Origin: Dehalococcoidia bacterium
GTDB taxonomy: Bacteria > Chloroflexota > Dehalococcoidia > UBA2979
DNA: 64,000 nucleotides
Direction: 5' to 3'
Assembly (NCBI GenBank): GCA_964291495.2
Contig: OZ219874.1
Location: 57,127 to 121,126, forward strand
In this document: piece after piece, positions 7,911-16,893 of the stretch
How positions within the stretch are numbered: position 1 is the stretch's first letter
Layout of the letters: the number at the start of each line of letters is the position of its first letter
Translations under genes and position numbers: made by a program
The notes under the pieces: model-generated
Told to the model about the DNA's origin: nothing
The model's database searches: none
Seen by the model: only the letters and a program-made list of their open reading frames with translations

Positions 7911-8984
7911 TCATACTTCCCGTCCTTTCCCGGTCGTGAGGGACGCTCGTTGCGTGGCTCTCTCGGCGAGGGCCACGGCGATGTAGCGCCGTAACAGTTC
8001 GCGGTTTCCCAGAAGGCGGCGGAGCCAGCCCTCGAGCCCGCTGACGGGTGTGAGGTTCTGCGGGGCACGCGGATCGCGGATCGGCGACCCCGCCAGGTGC
8101 GGCAGGGTGCGCGCGCACTCGTCCGCAAGCCGGGCGGCCTGTTCCACCGGCAAAGTCGCCCACGTCTCGATCCGCATGACCGCGGCGTGGGGGTGCACGT
8201 GCGGTCCGACGTCCGCGACTCGGACGTACCAGGAGAAGCGATCCCTTTTGGCCTGACCCTCCACGGAGAGCCGGAACAGCGGCGTACGATCCCCCACGCC
8301 GAGATCGTCAAAGATCGCCTGTTCCTCGGGGCAGAGGTACCACCTGGCGGTGCGCTTGATGTAACCGGCGACACGCCGGCCGGTAGTACCCGCACGCAGC
8401 GGGCCGTCGACCAACGTCAGAGCGCCGCAGTCCGCGGACAGTCGGTTGACCAGTCTTGCCTCGGCCGCAAGCATCCTGTTTGTGAGCTCTCGTACGAGTT
8501 CAGACGGCTGCGAAACATCGAGCACTGTGGAGGCCCGGAAGCACAGGTCGGTCTGGCCGACGGTGAGCACCAGGTCTTCGTCGGTCGTTCCGGCCCGGAG
8601 GTAGCAGCGCACCACGCGCAACAGATCGTCGTGCGTGAGCACAGCTGCGCGGGTTGGTTCGCAGCGCACTGCCCCAACGGCGTACGAGCCAAACAGCGCG
8701 GGGACTGCTTTCCCGGAGGTCGTGTCGCTGATCGCGTACGCCTCGACACGCCGCACGCCGTCGACTATCTGCACGATCGGAGCCCGGTCGCCCGACAGAT
8801 GATGCGGGATCCATGCGCCCTCGACAGAGGTATCGATGCAGAAGGCACCATCGTTGCCGTTGGCCTTCAGGGGTGCATTGCTGCCGGGGCCCTGTTCGGG
8901 TGACCAGGACACCAAGCGGGTCTTCAGGATGTTCGCGGATTCGCGATCGCCGAGGCGAGGGGCTACGCTCCCGGGTGTGGACAT
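7911..8984 (-). CDS. nurA: NurA-family nuclease
   Basis: IVDGVRR and LVDGPL acidic motifs, GYIK, DPRAPQNLTP; AAGGAG RBS; upstream of herA. Confidence 0.8.
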   Translation of the reverse strand: MSTPGSVAPRLGDRESANILKTRLVSWSPEQGPGSNAPLKANGNDGAFCIDTSVEGAWIPHHLSGDRAPIVQIVDGVRRVEAYAISDTTSGKAVPALFGSYAVGAVRCEPTRAAVLTHDDLLRVVRCYLRAGTTDEDLVLTVGQTDLCFRASTVLDVSQPSELVRELTNRMLAAEARLVNRLSADCGALTLVDGPLRAGTTGRRVAGYIKRTARWYLCPEEQAIFDDLGVGDRTPLFRLSVEGQAKRDRFSWYVRVADVGPHVHPHAAVMRIETWATLPVEQAARLADECARTLPHLAGSPIRDPRAPQNLTPVSGLEGWLRRLLGNRELLRRYIAVALAERATQRASLTTGKGREV

Positions 8985-9466
8985 GGAGCCGTGTCTCCTT
9001 GTCTGCGGGCTGTCCGGCGTTGCCGCGCCGGGCAGCCACCACTGCGTTAGGGATTGCTTGGTGGTGCTCGGCCGGGGCGGACCGTCACGAGAGTGGAGGC
9101 CGCCCCGACCGAGATTTGGCTACTCCGTGGTTTCCTCCCCTCTGTGCGGGATCGCGGTAGCGCCCGGGCCTCCCGCCCCTTTCTCGTGTCCTGAGCGTCC
9201 CGGACCCGCTCTACTGGGCCCAGCGGCTAAGGAGCACAGGCGACGTGCTAAGATCGATCCGCAAGCGTCCGGCACGGACGGACCCGCCCGGACAGCCGCG
9301 TTACCGGTAGTTCGCGCAAGGCCCGACACCTTGGAATGGCCTTGCAGCCAAAGGGTTTTTGGAGTGGAGGTCACGCGAGCACCCTCCACGCCACCGCGTA
9401 GGCACCCCACTCCGGGCGAACGGCAAACGGGATCCTGAACGAGTGTGGAGTTTCACCGGGTAGGGC

Positions 9467-9483
9467 CTCCCCCGTCTCCACCA
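9467..9483 (+). mobile_element. tmRNA/tRNA-like 3'-end fragment, candidate island attachment site
   Basis: CTCCCCCGTCTCCACCA resembles a T-stem 3' strand plus acceptor strand plus ACCA; it lies at the accessory/core boundary and is followed by a terminator. Confidence 0.45.
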
Positions 9484-9526
9484 CAATCAAGCCCCTCGGG
9501 GACTGCGAGCTCCTCGAGGTTCGCCG

Positions 9527-9553
9527 AGACCGCCGGGAGCCCGGCGGTCTTTG
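9527..9553 (+). terminator. Intrinsic terminator-like hairpin
   Basis: AGACCGCCGGG-AG-CCCGGCGGTCT followed by TTG; also faces the 3' end of the CoA-transferase gene. Confidence 0.6.
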
Positions 9554-9631
9554 CCTGTGCAGGCTCCGCTCGTCGCCGTGGGATGCGGGCGTGGAACAGC
9601 CGTCGAGGGCGCTCCTGTGGGCGGTGGGCCG

Positions 9632-12127
9632 CTAGCGCTGCGGCCGGACGGCGACGAGCTTCTCGCGCTGGCGCTCCTCGGCGGCGCGGGCGGCCCCGTC
9701 CTCGCCGCCTTCGTCCGGCCAGCCGACGATGCCGCCCTCCTTGAAGCCGTCGATCTCGGCAGACGAGTAGCCGAGCTCCGCGAGGATCGGGCGGGTGTGC
9801 TCGCCGGGCTCGCAGGCCGGGCGGATGGTCGAGGGCGCGCTGTCGAGGGTGACGACCGGGCCGTGGCGCCAGTACTCGCCGAACGTCGGGTGGCTGACGT
9901 CGACGGTGAAGCCCAACTCGCGGTTAGCCTCGTTCCCCGCGAACTCGGCGACGTTGGCGGCGTCGGCGCGGACGCAGGCGACGTCGCGAGCGGTCAGCTC
10001 GCGCTCCCACTCGTCGGCGCCGCGCTCGAGGAACGCCTCAGCCAGCGCGGCGGCGAGCGCCTCGCCGTGCTGCTCGCGCGCCTCGTCGCTCGCGAAGCGC
10101 GGGTCGGCGAGCCACTCGTCGCGTCCCAGCGCGGCGCAGAGCGCGCTCCACTCGTGCTCGAACGGCGCGGCGAGGAAGACCCAGGCGCCATCGCCGGCGC
10201 GGTAGAGGCGGTAGAGGGGCCCCATGCCGAGCAGCTCCGGGTCCGGCTGGCGGCGCGGCGGCACGTCCGGACCGCGCACGGCGCCGTCCGCGTTGGCGTA
10301 GAGGTTCGAGGCGATCATCGTCGTGAGCTGGTACTGGCCCACGCCCAGCTCCTCGGCGGCGCGCAGGCCGAGCAGCAGGCTGCTGCCGAGGCCGAGCGCG
10401 GCGTTGACGTCGGGGTTGCCCTCGTTCGCGTTCATCAGTCGCCAGGCCTTGCGCTTGAGCTCGTCCATCGGCAGCTCGGCGTCGCCGGCGTGCAGCTCGC
10501 TCGGGGGCATCTGCTGGATCGCGCCGCCGCCGAGGGCGCCCGCAATCGGGTGCATCGCCGGCTTGTACGAGTACGGCCCGGAGTCTCCGTAGGAGGCGCC
10601 GTAGTGGTAGACGACGCGAGGGTTGAGGTCGCGCGCCCGCTCGTAGCCGATGCCGAGCCGCTCGGCGACGCCGGGACGGAAGTTGTGCATCACGATGTCC
10701 GCACGCCGCAGCAGCCGGTGGACGATCTCCTGGCCCTCCGCCGTCTTGAGGTCGACCCCGATGCTCTCCTTGCCCCCGGTGGTCTTGTAGAACAGCATCC
10801 GCCCCGCCGTGTAGCGGCTCACCTCGCCCTCGGGCGGCTCGACCTTGATCACGCGCGCCCCGAGGTCGGCGAGCAGCGCGCTCCCGAACGGCGTGGCGTA
10901 GAAGGTCGAGAAGTCGACGACCGTGATGCCCTCGAGGGGCGCCGTGGGGGCGGGGCCGGGTTCGCCCGGCTCCACGGCGGTCCAACCGTCGGCGTCGACG
11001 CCGTTGGCCGAGCCGAGCGAGGGCGCTCCACGGCCGGGAGTCGCGGGAGTCTCGGTCTGGCGGACAATTGGCCCGACCTGCTCCACGCCGTCGATCTCGA
11101 TGATGTGCTCGTTGTGCCGGACCTGGGGGTGGTCGAACGCGTCGGCGGCCTCGAAGAAGGGTTCGATGGCGATGTCGCGCTCCGCGTCGAAGATCGCCTT
11201 CCATTCGCCCCAGGTCTTCTGGCGCACGCGCTCGAGGATGATCGCCCAGACCTCCTCGCTGTCGTCCGGATCCCTAAGCGCCGGGAGGTCGGCGAAGCGG
11301 GGCTCGGAGTAGAGGTCGGTGAGCCCGAGGGCGTTCATCTGGGCCATGAAGAGGTGCGGCAGGGTGTTCGCGAACTGCAGCCACACGCCGTCCTTCGTGA
11401 CCGCCGTGAGGTAGTTGGGGCGCGGGATCTGGTGCTGGATCGCGCCCCATGAGCCGAGTCGGTCGGCGGCGAGCGGGTCGGCCGCGGCGGCCTGCAGGGC
11501 GAACCAGCGGAGCATGTCGTAGGCGGTGGTGCCCTGGAGCAGGCTCGTCTCGACGTGCGTGCCTCGATGCGTCTGTCGCCGCACGTGCAACGCGGCGAGG
11601 ATGCCCTGCAGTGCCGCGTGGAGCGCGCCGTAGCCGGCCGACGGCACCGCCGCGAAGACCGGGCCGCCTCGCTCGGGCAGCAGGCTCGAGAACTCGAGCA
11701 TGCGACCAGTCTTCGCGGACACGATGCCCTCATAGCCCTTGAGGTGCGCCCACGGGCCGCGGGCGCCGAAGCCGGTGATCGAGGCGTAGACGAGCGCCGG
11801 GTTGAGCTCCCGGGCCTCCTCGTAGCCAAGGCCGTGCCGCTCCATCGCGCTGGGCCGGAAGTTCTCGACCAGCACGTCCGCCGCCGCGACCAGGTCGCGC
11901 GCGGCGGCTCGCCCGTCCTCGGACTTGAGATCGAGGACGCGGCTGCCCTTGCCGCGGTTCCAGAAGCCCCACGCGGGATGCCCCCGGTACGGGTCCCCCG
12001 AGGGCGGCTCGATCTTCACGACCTCCGCCCCGTAGTCGGCGAGGATCGTGCCGACGAGGTTGCCGTGCATGCCCCGCGTGAAGTCGAGGACGCGCAGTCC
12101 GCTACAGGCCAGCGTCACGGTCGTCAC
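9632..12127 (-). CDS. Two-domain CaiB/BaiF family III CoA-transferase
   Basis: Two copies of the (L)xGxxVxDF...LADxGAxVxKxEPPxG...NFRP module; GTG start with GGGAGG RBS. Confidence 0.9.
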   Translation of the reverse strand: MTTVTLACSGLRVLDFTRGMHGNLVGTILADYGAEVVKIEPPSGDPYRGHPAWGFWNRGKGSRVLDLKSEDGRAAARDLVAAADVLVENFRPSAMERHGLGYEEARELNPALVYASITGFGARGPWAHLKGYEGIVSAKTGRMLEFSSLLPERGGPVFAAVPSAGYGALHAALQGILAALHVRRQTHRGTHVETSLLQGTTAYDMLRWFALQAAAADPLAADRLGSWGAIQHQIPRPNYLTAVTKDGVWLQFANTLPHLFMAQMNALGLTDLYSEPRFADLPALRDPDDSEEVWAIILERVRQKTWGEWKAIFDAERDIAIEPFFEAADAFDHPQVRHNEHIIEIDGVEQVGPIVRQTETPATPGRGAPSLGSANGVDADGWTAVEPGEPGPAPTAPLEGITVVDFSTFYATPFGSALLADLGARVIKVEPPEGEVSRYTAGRMLFYKTTGGKESIGVDLKTAEGQEIVHRLLRRADIVMHNFRPGVAERLGIGYERARDLNPRVVYHYGASYGDSGPYSYKPAMHPIAGALGGGAIQQMPPSELHAGDAELPMDELKRKAWRLMNANEGNPDVNAALGLGSSLLLGLRAAEELGVGQYQLTTMIASNLYANADGAVRGPDVPPRRQPDPELLGMGPLYRLYRAGDGAWVFLAAPFEHEWSALCAALGRDEWLADPRFASDEAREQHGEALAAALAEAFLERGADEWERELTARDVACVRADAANVAEFAGNEANRELGFTVDVSHPTFGEYWRHGPVVTLDSAPSTIRPACEPGEHTRPILAELGYSSAEIDGFKEGGIVGWPDEGGEDGAARAAEERQREKLVAVRPQR

Positions 12128-12144
12128 CCTCCCAGCGTGTCGCG

Positions 12145-14478
12145 TCAGCGGCAGATTACCGCGAACGCGTAGCCGCGGCCCGTGAGGCCCTCGATCACGG
12201 TCTCGAGGGCGGCGACGGTCTGCGAGCGCTCGCCGCCCCCATCGTGCATCAGGATGATCGCGCCGGGTCGCACGTTGGCGAGGATGTGCGAGGCGATCTG
12301 CTCCGCCCCCGGCCGCCGCCAGTCCTGCGGGTCGATCGACCAGAGCACGATCGACTTGCCGAGCTCGGCGGCGGTGCGCACGGCGCGCTCGTTCGTCGCA
12401 GCGTACGGCGGGCGCAGGCACTCGATCGGATCGACGCTCGTCCCCGCGACGGCGTGGAGGGCGTCATCAGTGCTCGTCACCTGCGCGACGATGTCCTCGC
12501 GGTCCGCCTTGCTCAGCCAGATGTGGTCGAAGGTGTGGTTCTCGGCCTCGTGCCCGGCCTCGACCATGCGCTCGATGATCGACGGGAACCTCGAGACGTT
12601 GGAGCCGAGCACGAAGAAGGTCGCCGTCACCCGGTAGCGATCGAGGACGTCGAGCACCGCGGGCGTCCATGTCGGATGCGGTCCGTCGTCGAACGTCAGG
12701 TAAGCCAGCGGCGCGCCCGCCTGGTTGTGCGCCGGCGGGTGCGCCGGATCCACCCGGTCCGGGGGCTCCTCGGCGGGTTCGGGCTGCTGCCAGGCGGCCT
12801 CGACGGCGTCCCAGGTCGCGCGGTCGACGACGCCCGTCGGTTCGAGGTCGGCACGGAGTTGGATGCGGATCACGGCCTCGCGCGTCGCCGTGTCGTAGAC
12901 GTCGTAGTAGCGGCCGGGGTAGAGGAAGCCAAGCCCCCGCACGCGCGCGAGCCGCTGGTGCAGCGCGCGCACGGCGCGCCCGCGATCGCCCGCGCCGAGC
13001 GTGTTGCCTTCGGCGAAGCGCTCCGGCGATGGCGCGGGCAGCAGCTCGTCGGCCCCCGGGGCCTCGGGGTGCACGCCCGGCGCGCGCTCGGCGGACTCGA
13101 GGAACCCCGCCAGCTCGTGCAGATAGTCGTCATCGGGGGAGAGTTCGATCGCCTGTGCGACCGCCTGACGTGCCCGGTCCAGCTGGTCCGGCGAGGCGAG
13201 CGCGAAGCCGAGGGCGCGGATCACGTGAATCGCCGCGTCGTCGGGCCGATGCTCGAGCGCGCGCTCGCTGTAGTCGAGGAGTGTGACGGCCATCGTCGTG
13301 AGGTCGTGCTCGGCGGCCGTGTCGATGATGAGCGGTCCGTCGAGGGCGAACGCCTCGGCGGGTGGGTGTCCGCGTTTCAGATCGAGCGCCGCCGCGTACT
13401 CCCCGGCGAGCACGTGGGTGAGCAGGGGTTGCCCCGGCGATCCCGCGTGCCCGAGGCGCGCTGCCGCCAGCTGGTTCACGAGGATCGAGAGCCAGCGCAG
13501 CCCGTCGTGACCGGGAACCTCGCCGGCCGCGTGCACGGCTCGCGCCGCGGCCTCACGCCAGAGGTGGGCCTCCGCGAGCGCCACGACGAGCGCCGCGTCG
13601 GCCGTGGCATCCGGGGGAAGGCCTGAGGGAACCGCGAGTTCCACCGGGCTCATGTCGCTGCCGTCCCAGCGGTAGATCCGGAGCCCGTGCTCCTCGACGG
13701 CGCAGGCGTAGCAGAAGACGTAGGGGTTCGAGTCGTTCAGTACGAACTCGTGCAGGCCGTCGCCGTCGAGGTCGACGATCTCGCCGGCGTTCGGCCGCGA
13801 GCTGATGTGCGAGAGCGCCGTGGAGAGGCGGGCGCCGTCGAAGTGGATGACGTCGAACGTCCCGGCGTGCGCCCCCGTCGGCCCGCGGATGACGATCCAG
13901 GCGCTGCCGGGTGCCGCATCGATCGTGACGAGCTCGACCTGCTCCGTGCGCTGAGGCGCGGTGTCGATCTCGATGCGGTCGATCTCCTCGGACCACGTTC
14001 CGTCGTCGTTGAGGCGGTAGACGGCGACGATGTGGAAGAAGTTGATCGGGTCGCCGTCGTCGTTCCGGTAGAACGGCTGCGGCCCGTTCGTGACCACGGC
14101 CCAGTACGCGCCGTCCGCATCGGCCACCGCGAGGTCCAGGGCGCGAGCCGTGAGCTCGTTCTCGCCGAACTCCTCGGCGATCGCTGCGAGCAAGATCGAG
14201 GCAACTTCCGCTGCGCGCTCCTCGGCGCTGGGTGTCGGCTCCGGCGCGGGAGTCGGTGCGGGCGTCGCGGTGGGCGTCGGCGTGGCTGTCGAGGTTGGCG
14301 TCGGTGTCGGCGGGGGACTGGCTGCGGGGGTTGCGGTCGGGCTCGGCGCGCTCGTCGGCGAAGGCGCCGACGTTGCGACGGTCACGGGTGCGGGGCCAGA
14401 GTCCTCGCCGCTCTCGCAGCCGGCAAGGGCAGTCCCTGCCAGCAGCAGCGCGGCAGCGAGGGCAGTCCGGGCGTTCAT
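12145..14478 (-). CDS. Lipoprotein with peptidoglycan-binding and NodB polysaccharide deacetylase domains
   Basis: Lipobox LAGC, PT linker, DLDGDG motif, TPR-like helices, PG-binding-like LEPTGVVDRATW, and LTFDDGP / NHTFDH / RPPY / IILMHD. Confidence 0.85.
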   Translation of the reverse strand: MNARTALAAALLLAGTALAGCESGEDSGPAPVTVATSAPSPTSAPSPTATPAASPPPTPTPTSTATPTPTATPAPTPAPEPTPSAEERAAEVASILLAAIAEEFGENELTARALDLAVADADGAYWAVVTNGPQPFYRNDDGDPINFFHIVAVYRLNDDGTWSEEIDRIEIDTAPQRTEQVELVTIDAAPGSAWIVIRGPTGAHAGTFDVIHFDGARLSTALSHISSRPNAGEIVDLDGDGLHEFVLNDSNPYVFCYACAVEEHGLRIYRWDGSDMSPVELAVPSGLPPDATADAALVVALAEAHLWREAAARAVHAAGEVPGHDGLRWLSILVNQLAAARLGHAGSPGQPLLTHVLAGEYAAALDLKRGHPPAEAFALDGPLIIDTAAEHDLTTMAVTLLDYSERALEHRPDDAAIHVIRALGFALASPDQLDRARQAVAQAIELSPDDDYLHELAGFLESAERAPGVHPEAPGADELLPAPSPERFAEGNTLGAGDRGRAVRALHQRLARVRGLGFLYPGRYYDVYDTATREAVIRIQLRADLEPTGVVDRATWDAVEAAWQQPEPAEEPPDRVDPAHPPAHNQAGAPLAYLTFDDGPHPTWTPAVLDVLDRYRVTATFFVLGSNVSRFPSIIERMVEAGHEAENHTFDHIWLSKADREDIVAQVTSTDDALHAVAGTSVDPIECLRPPYAATNERAVRTAAELGKSIVLWSIDPQDWRRPGAEQIASHILANVRPGAIILMHDGGGERSQTVAALETVIEGLTGRGYAFAVICR

Positions 14479-14515
14479 CGGGTCGAACCTAGCACGCGAA
14501 CGCTACTATCGGTGC

Positions 14516-15382
14516 ATGACGCCGCCCGCGCGGATCGAGGTTGAGGAGACGCCTGCACGCAGGCTGCTGACGCCCACCGGCGGCTACCTCGCCGCCTTCT
14601 CGCACACGCTCAATCCGTACGCGGGCTGCGCCTTCGGCGACCGCGGCTGCGGCGTCTACTGCTACGTCGCCGAGTCACCGATCGGGCGCTTCGCCGGGCG
14701 CCCGTGGGGCCGCTGGCTGCGCGTCAAGACGAACGCTGCCGAGGCGCTGCGGCGCGAGCTGCAGCGGCAGCCGCGCCTCGAGGACGTGCGCATCTTCATG
14801 AGCTCGGCGACCGACCCCTACCAGCCCGCCGAGTCGCGCTACCGCATCACCCGCTCGATCCTCGAGGTCTTCCGCGAGTTCCCGGTCGGCCTGCTGCTGC
14901 TGCAGACACGCTCCCCGCTCGTCGAGCGTGATCTGGATCTGCTTGCCGGGCTGCCGTTCGCCTGGCTCTCGATGACCGTCGAGACGGACGACGACGCGGT
15001 GCGGCGCGCCCTCACGCCGACCTGCCCGAGCATCGAGCGGCGCTTCGCGGCGATGCGGCGGGCGCGGCAGCTCGGCGTCGCCGTGCAGGCGGCGGTCAGC
15101 CCCGTGCTGCCGCACGACCGCGAGCGCCTCGCCGAGCTGATGGCCGCGGCCGCCGACCGCGTCGTCGTCGATACCTTCACGGGCGACGGTGCGGCCGGAC
15201 GGCGCACGGCGGCGCGGCCCCTCCCCGCCCGCTTCGCCGACCTCGGCTACGGCGATTGGCGCGACGAGCGGTCGGCCCGGGCGCTCTACGAGGAGCTGCG
15301 GTCGCGACTCGGTCCCGAGCGCGTCGGCTGGTCTGTCGAGGGCTTCAACAAGCTGGCGAAGCCCGTCGCGGCGGGCGTGTAG
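14516..15382 (+). CDS. Radical SAM protein, spore photoproduct lyase-like family
   Basis: LNPYAGC...C..YCY, FMSSATDPYQPAE, LQTRSPLVERD. Confidence 0.8.
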   Translation: MTPPARIEVEETPARRLLTPTGGYLAAFSHTLNPYAGCAFGDRGCGVYCYVAESPIGRFAGRPWGRWLRVKTNAAEALRRELQRQPRLEDVRIFMSSATDPYQPAESRYRITRSILEVFREFPVGLLLLQTRSPLVERDLDLLAGLPFAWLSMTVETDDDAVRRALTPTCPSIERRFAAMRRARQLGVAVQAAVSPVLPHDRERLAELMAAAADRVVVDTFTGDGAAGRRTAARPLPARFADLGYGDWRDERSARALYEELRSRLGPERVGWSVEGFNKLAKPVAAGV

Positions 15383-15404
15383 TTATGTCACTTATGTGGA
15401 GAAA

Positions 15405-15805
15405 GCGGCCAGGGGGCCTGTAAGCCGAATTCTGTACCGCCCTCGCAACGAGGGCGGCGACGGCCATCCATCTAGGACGGCGGTTGCCCGCCGCCTCCAG
15501 CGGCCTACCCGGGAGCGGAGCCGGACGCCCCTGCCGTGCAAGGCACGGCGCGCTCCCCTATTTGGCCTTGCTCCGGGCGGGGTTTGCCCGGCCGCCCCGT
15601 CTCCGGGACGCCGGTGCGCTCTTACCGCACCATTTCACCCTTACCGCCGGAGCCGAGGCCCGCGACGGCGGTATGTTTCTGTGGCACTTTCCGTCGGCTC
15701 GCGCCGCCCGGCCGTTAGCCGGCGCCCTGTCCGGAGGAGTTCGGACTTTCCTCCCGCGGCTCGCCCGAGGGCGTTCCGCCGGCGGCCGTCCGGCCCCCTG
15801 GCCAC
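15405..15805 (-). ncRNA. rnpB: RNase P RNA (bacterial class A)
   Basis: Minus strand has GAGGAAAGTCC, AGTGCCACAGAAA, GGTAAGGGTGAAATGGTGCGGTAAGAGCGCACC and ACAGAATTCGGCTTA; complementary P1 ends. Confidence 0.96.
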
Positions 15806-15813
15806 CGTCGATC

Positions 15814-16893
15814 CTACTCCCCGGCGCCCGCCGACCGCGACATCACGTGCAGATCGTCCGCCGGCAGCTCCACCACCCAGCGCTCCCGGCTCGCCACGCC
15901 GAGGATCTCGTACGGCCTCGAGGCCACCTCGACGGCGATCGGCGGGCCAGCGCCCTCTGGCTTGAGGTGCAGCGTGTGCGTGTTGCCGAACGCGAGCTCG
16001 TCGACGACGCGCGCGACGAAGCAGTTCTCCGGCAAGCCCCCGTCCGGATCAAGCCGGCGCAGCACCACGCGCTCGGCGCGGATCGCGACGTCGACCGCCT
16101 CCGCCTCGGCCGTTTCCGGCGGCAGCGCGGCGCGCAGCGGCAGGCCGGAGACGACCACGCCGTCACCGCGGCGCTCCCCCTCGAAGATGTTGGAGAAGCC
16201 GGTCAGCTCCGCGACGAGCCGCGAGGCGGGCCGCCGGAACACCTCGTCGCGCGGGCCAAACTGCAGCACCCGTCCCTCGTCGAGGACGGCGATGCGGTCG
16301 GCGAGCAGATGCGCCTCGCGCAGGTCGTGCGTCACAAAGACGATCGAGAGCCGCATCTCGCGGCGCAGGCGCAGCAGCTCCGCCCGCAGGTCGGCGCGCA
16401 GCGCCTCGTCGAGTGCCGAGAACGGCTCGTCGAGCAGCAGCACGTCGGCATGGCGCACGAGCGCCCGCGCGAGGGAGGCCCGCTGCTGCTGTCCGCCCGA
16501 GAGCTGGTGCGGCCGCCGGCCGTCGAGCCCCTCGATCGAGAGCAGGCGCAGCAGCTCCTCGTAGCGCCCGGGCGCGTCGACATCGCGTTCGAGCCCGATC
16601 AGCACGTTGCGGCGCAGATCGAGGTGCGGGAACAGCGTCGGCTCCTGCACGACGTAGCCGCTGCGCCGCTCCTGCGGCGGGAGATCGACGCCCGCCTCCG
16701 CGTCGAAGACGGTGCGCCCGCCGATCTCGATGCGGCCGCCGCGAGGCCGCAGCAGGCCCGCGATCGCACGCAGCGTCAGGCTCTTGCCGGAGCCCGAGCG
16801 TCCGTAGAGCACCACCAGCTCGTCGTCGGCCTCGAGGGCGACCGCGAGGTCGAAGTCGCCGACGCGCGCCTCGAAGCGCGCGCGCAGCGTCAT
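15814..16893 (-). CDS. modC: Molybdate ABC transporter ATP-binding protein
   Basis: GRSGSGKS, DLPPQERR, LSGGQQQR, LLLDEPFSALD. Confidence 0.85.
   Translation of the reverse strand: MTLRARFEARVGDFDLAVALEADDELVVLYGRSGSGKSLTLRAIAGLLRPRGGRIEIGGRTVFDAEAGVDLPPQERRSGYVVQEPTLFPHLDLRRNVLIGLERDVDAPGRYEELLRLLSIEGLDGRRPHQLSGGQQQRASLARALVRHADVLLLDEPFSALDEALRADLRAELLRLRREMRLSIVFVTHDLREAHLLADRIAVLDEGRVLQFGPRDEVFRRPASRLVAELTGFSNIFEGERRGDGVVVSGLPLRAALPPETAEAEAVDVAIRAERVVLRRLDPDGGLPENCFVARVVDELAFGNTHTLHLKPEGAGPPIAVEVASRPYEILGVASRERWVVELPADDLHVMSRSAGAGE

Noticed and set aside
7813-7914. 33-aa ORF (MTERNAAMSG...) coupled to the nurA stop
   Set aside because: No recognisable similarity; probably incidental.
9000-9466. 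Complete tRNA/tmRNA or real CDS in the long intergenic region
   Set aside because: No T-loop TTCG/A or matching 5' acceptor strand, and the ORFs lack coding character; only the 3' fragment is reported.
14090-14515. Long N-terminal extensions in the ORF track (radical SAM, and also herA, modB/modC, rarA, thiolase, CoA-transferases)
   Set aside because: They overlap neighbouring genes; downstream starts have RBS, -10 or coupling support.
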